From Mycobacterium simulans (GTDB taxonomy: Bacteria > Actinomycetota > Actinomycetes > Mycobacteriales > Mycobacteriaceae): a stretch of DNA of 32,000 nucleotides. The position numbers and the translations under genes are program-made. The DNA lies in contig NZ_OCVX01000005.1 in NCBI RefSeq assembly GCF_900232995.1, forward strand, positions 144,413 to 176,412. Direction: 5' to 3'. Positions 20,412-27,815 of the stretch are shown here, piece after piece. Within the stretch, counting starts at the first letter, position 1, and each line of letters starts with the position of its first letter. The notes below the pieces were generated by a model. That model ran no database searches, was not told the DNA's origin, and saw nothing but the letters and a program-made list of their open reading frames with translations.

Positions 20412-22283
20412 CTATCTCTGGGCCGCGGCAACGCCGGGTGTGGTGGGTTGGGCATCAAGGGTGAGGGCGCCGGCGGCGACCCCCTCGATCAGGGCGGTCT
20501 TGAGATTTCGCGCGGCGTCGGCCCGCCGGCGCGCTTCGCGTTCGAACTCGTCAACCCGCTTAAGCGCCTCTTCGAGCCGTGCCGCCTCGTCACGGCGCAT
20601 CGCCGGAATGCTCCACGTTTTCCATTCGCTTCCCGCTGAGGCCATTTCGTTGATCACCGTGGCGAGCACCACCGGTCCGATCTCGGCCGATTCGCGCAAG
20701 CGGATGATTCGTGCGGGCGACGCGACCATGGCGCCGCCAACCGGGTCAACCCACGCCCGCGGGCGCGGCTTCTCGATGAAGATCACGTCGCCGGGGTCGG
20801 TGCGGGCCGCGCGCGGATACTTGCGCGCCGCGTCGAACGCGTCGAGGGCGATCGCTCCGGCAATTTCGGCGGGTAACACCGGAACCGTCCCGTCGGGCGA
20901 GGCGTCAGCGAAATTGATTCTGCTGCCACGCTTGACGGCGACGTGCTTGCGTTCGTGAAGCTCGCCGAGGGACTGGTGCAACAGCCGGAATCGCCCTGGC
21001 GAAGGTTCCACCAACACGTCCAGCGGCTCCAACGGTGATGTCGTCGTCAGCGTTGCGGCGTGCACGCGATCCAGGTGTGCGGTCGGGTCCGCTTCGCGCA
21101 GTCTTGGCGCGCGCACCCCGCGCGGTACTACCGAACCCGCGGCCAGCACGTTGCCCAGCTCGACGCGGCGAGCGTACCGGAAGGCGCGATCGTCAGTCTG
21201 CGCCAATGCCCCTGCGATGTCAGCCGCAATATCGCTGCGCTCAAGATTCTCGACGGCGCCCAGGTCGGCAACCCAGGGCCGCTGAGCATTGGCACCTCCC
21301 AGGCATATCCACGCCGCGAGGCTCTGCCGGTGCGCCTCTCGCCACAATCCACGCGGAAGTCGGAGTGCGGCAACCAAATTGCCAACCCGCAATGTCCGTG
21401 CGCGACGTTGCTGCAGAGTTCCCGCAAGCTCATCGGTCAGCGCGGCGGCGGGACCGAATAACCCCGTCACGTCGCCTTCGCTCAACGCGACGACTCCTTC
21501 GTCAGCACGGTCGAGCGCGTCTGCAATCTCCAAGCCGATAACGGATGACACCGAGATGCTAGACCGCGCGGTTGCCTCGTTGACGGCGATCCCGCGGATC
21601 ATCGCCCTGCGCCGAAGGGCGCGGTTGTTCGACACGATCTCAAGGTCGCATGCCGCGGCTATATCAAGCGAAACCGGTGAGTCGTCCGCCCGCATAATGA
21701 CCGGCTCGTGGTCGAGGTGCGTGGCCGCCGCCCCAACGATCCAGCCGAGCGACTCCACGGCGGCCGGTGTGAGCTCACGCGCACCTAGCACCCGCTTCAG
21801 ACGTCCTTGCTCCAAGCGCGCCAACGCGTCGGGCGGGCCGAACGACGCCTCCACCAGATCGTCGATGTAGCTGAGCACCGCGTCCGATGCCCGTAACCCG
21901 CGGATCTCACGCAGCAGCGAAACATCATCGGGGTCGAAACGCTCCGCCCGTCGCACCCGGTGAGCCAACGACGTGCCCCCGAGTTCTTCTCCGGTGACGA
22001 CATGCCAGCACAGCAGCGTCACCACGTCTTCCAGCTCCGCGCCGTGGGGCGCAGCAACCGCGGGTGCGTCATAGCTGTGTTCGGAGTTGTTGCCGCGGCT
22101 CGTGCGCGTCAGCCAGTCGACGACCTCATCGCGTGCGAACCTCGCGACACCGTCGATGACCTCCACTGGTTCCGGGAACGGAATCGACACGCCGCGAACG
22201 ATTGGCCTCTTTCGCCACATGCTGACCACAGGCCGGCGTACCTTTGCAAGGTCGGCGACGTCCTGCAACGTCAGCGTGTTCAC
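20412..22283 (-). CDS. Hypothetical 623-aa protein: N-terminal Xis/MerR-like HTH, degenerate (motif-less) gamma-MTase-like core, single TRD-like domain and C-terminal helix. First gene of the R-M operon
   Basis: GTG at 22283 preceded by GAGAGGAG. The stop is 14 nt before the hsdM ATG. HTH: MNTLTLQDVADLAKVRRPVVSMWRKR...ARFARDEVVDWL. MTase-like strings lack the SAM and NPPF motifs (see findings). TRD-like: GDVIFIEKPRPRAWVDPVGGAMVASPARIIRLR. The CDS call is solid; the domain reading is by eye. Confidence 0.75.
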   Translation of the reverse strand: MNTLTLQDVADLAKVRRPVVSMWRKRPIVRGVSIPFPEPVEVIDGVARFARDEVVDWLTRTSRGNNSEHSYDAPAVAAPHGAELEDVVTLLCWHVVTGEELGGTSLAHRVRRAERFDPDDVSLLREIRGLRASDAVLSYIDDLVEASFGPPDALARLEQGRLKRVLGARELTPAAVESLGWIVGAAATHLDHEPVIMRADDSPVSLDIAAACDLEIVSNNRALRRRAMIRGIAVNEATARSSISVSSVIGLEIADALDRADEGVVALSEGDVTGLFGPAAALTDELAGTLQQRRARTLRVGNLVAALRLPRGLWREAHRQSLAAWICLGGANAQRPWVADLGAVENLERSDIAADIAGALAQTDDRAFRYARRVELGNVLAAGSVVPRGVRAPRLREADPTAHLDRVHAATLTTTSPLEPLDVLVEPSPGRFRLLHQSLGELHERKHVAVKRGSRINFADASPDGTVPVLPAEIAGAIALDAFDAARKYPRAARTDPGDVIFIEKPRPRAWVDPVGGAMVASPARIIRLRESAEIGPVVLATVINEMASAGSEWKTWSIPAMRRDEAARLEEALKRVDEFEREARRRADAARNLKTALIEGVAAGALTLDAQPTTPGVAAAQR

Positions 22284-22350
22284 GGGCGCGGCGCTCCTCT
22301 CGGCATCGGATCGAATGTAGACCCTTCTCGGTCATCATTCAATGACATCT

Positions 22351-22370
22351 CTGATAAGCCGGCTTATCAG
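22351..22370. promoter_or_regulatory. Perfect 20-bp palindrome CTGATAAGCCGGCTTATCAG in the divergent promoter region (operator candidate)
   Basis: The sequence equals its own reverse complement. It lies in the 176-bp AT-enriched spacer between the 623-aa gene (start 22283, minus strand) and the 476-aa gene (start 22460, plus strand). Confidence 0.55.
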
Positions 22371-22459
22371 TATTCCAGTTGCATTCGATCTACAGACCTG
22401 CGGATCCTGTCTGCGGCGCAATACCGCACTCGGCGGTGGCGAGAAATCGAGGAGTAGCC

Positions 22460-23890
22460 GTGAACCACCCGCAGCGACAGGCATATTTCGACGAGACGAC
22501 GACCGCGGTCGTGATCGAAGGACTTACCGTGCGGGACAAGGACGTTGCGCGTGAGGCGCAACGCTGGACAACCGGTGCGCGAGGCCCGATCGTCGAGGAT
22601 CCCGACACGCTCAAGGCTGCCGATCTTTCGGAGTTCGTCGCCGAAGCGGTCAAGATCGGCGCGCATGCGCTGTCTGTGACTGGCCAGGCCCAGGAATCAC
22701 GAATGGTGGAGCAGATGCTGAAGGACGTCGGCGAGAAGGCGGCGGATTCGACTGCCAAGGCAGCCGAGGTCACCGAACGTGCGGTTAAGTCGGCATCCGA
22801 AATCATGGCAAAAGCCGCCAACGAGGCCAGGAAGGCAATCACCGAGGCCGATGCCACCAGCCGAAAGGAATTCACCGAATCGGTCGCGGCGGCCAAGAAT
22901 GACCTCAACGCCGAGGTGCGCCGCATGTTCGGCGGCGAACGCCCGGAGCTGCTGGACCGCCTGCAGCCCGTGCTCGACAAGTTCGCCACCGACCTCGACG
23001 CCAAGGTGAAGGCCGGAACCAGCGATCTGTTGACCAAGGCAGCCAAGCAATTCGACCCCACTGACCCCACCTCACCGATGGCGAAACATGCTGCGGATCT
23101 CGGGGCACGGCAAGAGAAGCTGACCGAGCTGATCGACAAAAACCACGCCGACGTAGTCAAGAAGGTCGACGAGCTGCTGACCACCCTGAAGGTTCAGGAC
23201 GCCAAAGCCAGCCTCGCCAAAGTCACGCCGATCAAAGGCGACACCTTCGAGAACCAGATCAACACCGTGCTCTCGGCGATTGCCGTCGGCCTCGGCGACG
23301 AGTACACCGATACCCGCGCGATCGTCGGATCGGTGGCCCGGTCGAAGAAGGGCGACGGCGTCTTGCATGTGGACGGCGACGCCGCCCGCGTGGTGATCGA
23401 GATGACTGACTCGGCGCGCGCCGGCTGGGCCGAGTACTTCGACGAAGCCGAGCGCAACCGCCTTGCCGTGGCTGCGCTCGGCGTCGTACGGACGAGCGAG
23501 CAGAACGGCGGCCAGTCCATCCGCACGCTCGGCGCTCGACGCATCGTGCTCGCGTTCGACCCCGGGTCAGATGATCCCGAGCTGGTGCGCACCGTCGTCA
23601 TGCTTCTGCGGACGGTCGCGCTCGCGGCGGCGACACGAAAAGGTGCGCACCAGATCGCTACGGCGGAGGAGAAAATCACCGAGGCCATCGCGCAGCTCAC
23701 TCGCTTGGACGAGGTGAAGAAGACCGCCGGGTCGATTCAGAAGAGCGCCATGAAGGTCGAAAATTCCTGCACCGGAATCAATTCCGGAATCCAGCGGTTG
23801 CTCAACGACGCACTGGCCGCCTTGACCGACGCGAACCCTGACACGGAGCCCGGTTCGACTGAAGGTCCAGTGCCCAACGCAGTCGCATAG
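22460..23890 (+). CDS. Hypothetical 476-aa protein: long Ala/Lys/Glu-rich helical (coiled-coil/apolipoprotein-like) N-terminal half, RmuC/DUF2130-like restriction-endonuclease-fold C-terminal half
   Basis: GTG at 22460 preceded by GAGGAG (22449-22454). Strong GC3 bias in this frame. C-terminal pattern KGDTFENQINTVL...KKGDGVLHVDGDAARVVIEMTDSARAGWAEYFDEAERNRLAVAALGVV. The upstream part of the 503-aa ORF has no RBS or coding look. Confidence 0.75.
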   Translation: MNHPQRQAYFDETTTAVVIEGLTVRDKDVAREAQRWTTGARGPIVEDPDTLKAADLSEFVAEAVKIGAHALSVTGQAQESRMVEQMLKDVGEKAADSTAKAAEVTERAVKSASEIMAKAANEARKAITEADATSRKEFTESVAAAKNDLNAEVRRMFGGERPELLDRLQPVLDKFATDLDAKVKAGTSDLLTKAAKQFDPTDPTSPMAKHAADLGARQEKLTELIDKNHADVVKKVDELLTTLKVQDAKASLAKVTPIKGDTFENQINTVLSAIAVGLGDEYTDTRAIVGSVARSKKGDGVLHVDGDAARVVIEMTDSARAGWAEYFDEAERNRLAVAALGVVRTSEQNGGQSIRTLGARRIVLAFDPGSDDPELVRTVVMLLRTVALAAATRKGAHQIATAEEKITEAIAQLTRLDEVKKTAGSIQKSAMKVENSCTGINSGIQRLLNDALAALTDANPDTEPGSTEGPVPNAVA

Positions 23891-24158
23891 GCGCTGACGA
23901 GCGATCCACGTGCGCGCAGCTCGAATATCGGCCTGGCTGAAAACAACGCGGACCGGTCGGCGTCGAAGACTTCGATCTGGATTCCGTAATCGTCCAGCAA
24001 ACGATCCACCAGCCGGCCGACGATAGCCGACGTGGCGACGATCACCGCGGCAAAACGTTGTCTTGTAGACGTAGACTTCGTTCTGCAGAATCGCGTGCTT
24101 GTCGTCGTCGGCGAGAAGCCTGTGGAGTTCTCGCAGAGTCACTTCCGCCGCAGCGCGC

Positions 24159-25310
24159 CTAGCCTCGGCGCACGATCAGCGCGACTGTGCGTTCGCTCTT
24201 GATATTGAGGCTCATGGTAGAGGGGTCTCGTTTTTCGGGTAGATCATCTGCCGCGTGGACATGCCCGTACATCAACAGCGGAAGAAGTGCATCGCGACGC
24301 GCCGACAACTGTGCGGATTCGGTTCGTCGCCCATGACACAACGCACCTAGGCTCGCGATTGCGCGCGCCGGCCCGGTAGCCAACCGCCGCACATCTCGCA
24401 CTCGGGTCTGCAGGAGTTCGTGGGGTTGGATTCGTTGGCGGCTTCCTGTCACGCCAGCAACCCGCTGATGGATAGTTGCCAAGACATCGGGTTGTCGTAG
24501 CGCTGACCACAAAGCGGAAGTATCAACGCCAAGTGGCCTCAGTACTACGAATTCCGTACTGGCCAAGGCCATTTCCGACGGCAGGCACGTAATATTCCAG
24601 ACTCGTGGGATTCTCGGATTCAACTTCGGGAATAGTACACACGGCTCCGACAAAAGGAACTTGGCGCTCTTGATTGTTCGACCGTCAACATGGCTTGGCT
24701 GGGTGCCGTCATCGAACGCCGGAAAGCTGTAGTGAGCGACTCTGCCGTCGAATTTCGGCGGAGAAAGATATGCGGTTGACCTCCTCGCCAAGCTCGACAA
24801 GGTCGCATAGTCACTGACTTGCTCGACTATCGCAACCATCAGCTTCTCGGCGGCCGCGATAACGCGGTCGTTAGTCGCTATCTTGTCGTCTAAAGCACCG
24901 AGAATTGCGCCAATTCGACGGCGGTCAGGTGCGGCGGCAGCCAGGACCACAACATTTCGAAGGATGCTCTGACTCAGCAGAGGCTGTCCCGACCCGGCGC
25001 GATATCGATTAAGTCCGCAGCTCTGCAGCGCGTAATACCAATATCGTGTTTCCTCGGGGTATTTGGCCCGGCAAACCAGCGCATTGTCGGTGACCCACGC
25101 ATCCGAATCGCAATAGCGCACGCTACCGCAATACGAACCAACCCGACCCACGACTATCAACGGGCCCTGCGCATTGCGTTCGGCCGCATACCCGATTGCC
25201 CCGTTGGCGCCATAGATGGGATAGCGACCGTGGGGCCCTCGCACTCGCGGAGTGCTTCCACAGGAAAAGTCGACGTGGTCACCCAAACGCACTTTCACCG
25301 CGCTGGCCAT
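24159..25310 (-). CDS. hsdS: Second, orphan type I specificity subunit HsdS (two TRDs, divergent C-terminus)
   Basis: 383 aa. Central helix DRRRIGAILGALDDKIATNDRV. TRD2 is paralogous to TRD2 of the hsdS at 17618-18781 (roughly 60% identical by eye); TRD1 is unrelated. The start ATG overlaps the ycaQ-like stop by 1 nt (TGATG). The C-terminus LLPLLMYGHVHAADD... departs from the usual LLPLLMSGRVRV. Confidence 0.85.
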   Translation of the reverse strand: MASAVKVRLGDHVDFSCGSTPRVRGPHGRYPIYGANGAIGYAAERNAQGPLIVVGRVGSYCGSVRYCDSDAWVTDNALVCRAKYPEETRYWYYALQSCGLNRYRAGSGQPLLSQSILRNVVVLAAAAPDRRRIGAILGALDDKIATNDRVIAAAEKLMVAIVEQVSDYATLSSLARRSTAYLSPPKFDGRVAHYSFPAFDDGTQPSHVDGRTIKSAKFLLSEPCVLFPKLNPRIPRVWNITCLPSEMALASTEFVVLRPLGVDTSALWSALRQPDVLATIHQRVAGVTGSRQRIQPHELLQTRVRDVRRLATGPARAIASLGALCHGRRTESAQLSARRDALLPLLMYGHVHAADDLPEKRDPSTMSLNIKSERTVALIVRRG

Positions 25311-26524
25311 CAGCCGGCCCGCTTGGTGGCCGTTCGCAACTCCACGGCCAGATCACCTCGGCTGGACACGGTGATCCCGCCCAGCCCCAACCATGACGCC
25401 ATCGACTCCAGCTCTGCTGTAAGAGCGTCGGCGACCCGGGCACCCGGTGCATCGGACTCGCCGAACGCGCCCACCACGTGCAGCGTGTTCGCGGCACGGT
25501 CGGCCTTGAGATCCACCCTCGCCACCAGCTGTCCGTCCAGCAGCAGCGGCCACACGTAATAGCCGTACTGTCGCTTTTTTGCGGGGGTGTAGATCTCGAT
25601 GCGGTAGTGAAAGCCGAACAGCCGCTCTACCCGGGGCCGGAAGAAGATCAACGGGTCAAACGGACACAACAACGCGGTGCCGCGATCCAGCCGTGGCACC
25701 GTCCGGCCTGCCCGCAGATAGGCCGGGGCCGACCAGCCCTCGACGCTCACCTTCTCAATCTCACCCGCGGCAACGAGGTCGGCGATAGCCGGTTTGATCT
25801 GCTGGGCCGACAACCGAAAGTAGTCGCGGATGTCGGCCTCGGTGCCCACACCCAGCGCGGTGGCCGCCCGCAGTGTGAGCTCGCGGACGGCTTCGTCGTC
25901 GTCGACCTGCCGGGCCAGCACGGCTGGCGGCAGCACCCTTTCCACCAGGTCGTAGTGGCGTGCGAAGCCGACCCGGGTGGCGGTGGTGAGCACCCCGGAT
26001 GCGAACAACGCCTCGGCGACCCACTTGGTGTCACTGCGCCCCCACCAGGGACCCTTAGCGCCACGGGGCTCGGCCTCCAGATGGGCCTCGATCTGCCCGG
26101 CGGTACTGGCCCCGAGTTCGGTGACGGCGGCGACGATATCGTCGGCCAGCTGCGGGTTGGCCTTGACGATCTGGGTGCCCCAGCGGCCGTGCCGGTACTG
26201 GCGCATCCGCCAGCGCAGAAGTGGCCAGTCGTCCACGGCCATCAACGCGGCCTCGTGCGCCCAGTACTCGACCAACAGCCGCGTCCTTGACGAGCCCCAC
26301 GCGGCCCGGTCCAGCACGTCGCGGTCATATGGCCCGAGCCGGCTGAACACCGGCGCATAGTGGGCACGCACCGCCACCGACACCGAATCCAGCTGCAGCA
26401 CCTGGATGCGCGAGATCAGCCGCTTGAGATGGGCACGGGTGATCGTGCCGGCCGGTTTGGGCTCGGCGAAACCTTGTGCCGCGATCGCCACCCGACGGGC
26501 CTGCGCGGCGGTCAAGGTGCTCAT
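25310..26524 (-). CDS. YcaQ/AlkZ-family (HTH_42, DUF1006) winged-helix protein, putative interstrand-crosslink DNA glycosylase
   Basis: [19 protein letters not shown]...[29 protein letters not shown]...[12 protein letters not shown] is typical of the family, including a Q-phi-D (QLD) motif. The ATG at 26524 overlaps the dfrA stop (ATGA); the longer ORF start at 26578 is rejected. Confidence 0.8.
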   Translation of the reverse strand: MSTLTAAQARRVAIAAQGFAEPKPAGTITRAHLKRLISRIQVLQLDSVSVAVRAHYAPVFSRLGPYDRDVLDRAAWGSSRTRLLVEYWAHEAALMAVDDWPLLRWRMRQYRHGRWGTQIVKANPQLADDIVAAVTELGASTAGQIEAHLEAEPRGAKGPWWGRSDTKWVAEALFASGVLTTATRVGFARHYDLVERVLPPAVLARQVDDDEAVRELTLRAATALGVGTEADIRDYFRLSAQQIKPAIADLVAAGEIEKVSVEGWSAPAYLRAGRTVPRLDRGTALLCPFDPLIFFRPRVERLFGFHYRIEIYTPAKKRQYGYYVWPLLLDGQLVARVDLKADRAANTLHVVGAFGESDAPGARVADALTAELESMASWLGLGGITVSSRGDLAVELRTATKRAG

Positions 26525-27006
26525 CGCCGCCGATAGCTGTGAAACCGGTACCGCAGCCCGGAGCGGGCGACGAGCCACTCCCCCGTCTCGCGCCGCCAGG
26601 TCTCGTCGAGCACGGGCGCGAGGGCGTCGTCGTCAACCTGCGGAAGGTCGATGTCGATCTCCGTGACTTCACATCGGGTGGCTTGCGGCAGTGCCAGCCG
26701 ATAGATCTGCGCCCCGCCAACGACCCACGTCTCGGGCTCGGTCAGGGCATCTTCGAGTGAACCGACTACCTCTGCTCCGTCAGCCATGAAGTCAGTCTGA
26801 CGGGTCAGTACGACATTTCGGCGGCCGGGCAGCGGCCGAAACCTCGCCGGCAAAGATTCCCAGGTCAGTCGGCCCATCACCACCGTGTGGCCCATAGTGA
26901 CCTGTCTGAAGTGCGCCAAATCCTCGGGCAGCTGCCACGGGATACCGCCCGCGCGGCCAATGACACCGGACGTCGACTGAGCCCAGATCAGGCCCAAGGT
27001 CGTCAT
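26521..27006 (-). CDS. dfrA: Dihydrofolate reductase
   Basis: 161 aa. [48 protein letters not shown] is the DHFR signature. 4-nt overlap with the thyA stop. Confidence 0.95.
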   Translation of the reverse strand: MTTLGLIWAQSTSGVIGRAGGIPWQLPEDLAHFRQVTMGHTVVMGRLTWESLPARFRPLPGRRNVVLTRQTDFMADGAEVVGSLEDALTEPETWVVGGAQIYRLALPQATRCEVTEIDIDLPQVDDDALAPVLDETWRRETGEWLVARSGLRYRFHSYRRR

Positions 27007-27803
27007 ACGGCTACGGGCGCTTTGATCGCCGGATGCGGGTGGTAGTTGTTGACGACGATGTCGTCGTACGTGTAGTCGAAGATCGAATCCCTAGGGGCCA
27101 GAACGAGTTCCGGATACGGCCTCGGTTCGCGCGTGAGCTGCAGCCGAACCTGATCGACGTGGTTGTCGTAGATGTGACAGTCGCCGCCAGTCCAAATGAA
27201 TTCGCCGACGTCCAGGCCGGACTGTGCGGCCATCATGTGCGTGAGCAACGCATAGCTGGCGATATTGAACGGCACGCCGAGAAACAGGTCGGCGCTGCGC
27301 TGGTAGAGCTGGCAGCTGAGCCGACCGGCGGCGACATAGAACTGGAAGAAGGCGTGACACGGCGGCAGCGCCATCTGCGGGATCTCTCCGACGTTCCAAG
27401 CCGACACGATGATCCGCCGGGAATCGGGCTCGGTGCGCAGCAAATCGAGCGCCGCGCTGATCTGGTCGATATGCTCACCCGACGGGGTCGGCCAGGACCG
27501 CCATTGCACGCCATAGATTGGGCCGAGATCGCCTGTGTCGCTGGCCCATTCGTCCCAGATGGTGACTCCATGTTCGTGTAGCCAGCCGACGTTGGAGTCG
27601 CCGCGCAGGAACCACAGCAACTCGTAGACCACCGACTTGAAATGCACTTTTTTGGTGGTGAGCAGAGGGAAGCCGGCGGACAAGTCGTAACGCAGTTGCC
27701 GGCCGAACAGGCTGCGGGTTCCGGTGCCAGTGCGGTCGGATTTCACCGCGCCCGTGTTGAGTACCAGACGCAGCAGATCCTCATAGGGAGTGGCGATCGG
27801 CAC
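27003..27803 (-). CDS. thyA: Thymidylate synthase ThyA
   Basis: 266 aa, GTG start. [25 protein letters not shown] (catalytic Cys) and [16 protein letters not shown] motifs. Confidence 0.95.
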   Translation of the reverse strand: MPIATPYEDLLRLVLNTGAVKSDRTGTGTRSLFGRQLRYDLSAGFPLLTTKKVHFKSVVYELLWFLRGDSNVGWLHEHGVTIWDEWASDTGDLGPIYGVQWRSWPTPSGEHIDQISAALDLLRTEPDSRRIIVSAWNVGEIPQMALPPCHAFFQFYVAAGRLSCQLYQRSADLFLGVPFNIASYALLTHMMAAQSGLDVGEFIWTGGDCHIYDNHVDQVRLQLTREPRPYPELVLAPRDSIFDYTYDDIVVNNYHPHPAIKAPVAV

Positions 27804-27815
27804 GCGGCCAGCTTA

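Noticed and set aside
19384-20958. 524-aa plus-strand ORF
   Set aside because: It is antisense to hsdM and to the 3' end of the 623-aa gene. It crosses their intergenic RBS and has a low-complexity Arg/Ala/Ser composition.
22390-23184. 264-aa minus-strand ORF
   Set aside because: It is antisense to the 476-aa gene. It is Ser/Ala/Cys-rich, has no RBS, and its GC3 bias is poorer than that of the plus frame.
17618-25310. Phase-variable hsdS shufflon between the two hsdS genes
   Set aside because: The two genes are in direct, not inverted, orientation. Where I compared them the shared TRD2 DNA is only about 75% identical. No recombinase gene or inverted repeats are visible.
10791-25310. Integrative mobile element (prophage, ICE or transposon) as the origin of the island
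   Set aside because: No integrase, transposase, tRNA attachment site or terminal direct or inverted repeats could be found by eye, so I do not call a mobile_element feature.
25478-26290. 270-aa plus-strand ORF
   Set aside because: It is antisense to the YcaQ/AlkZ-family gene. Shadow ORF.
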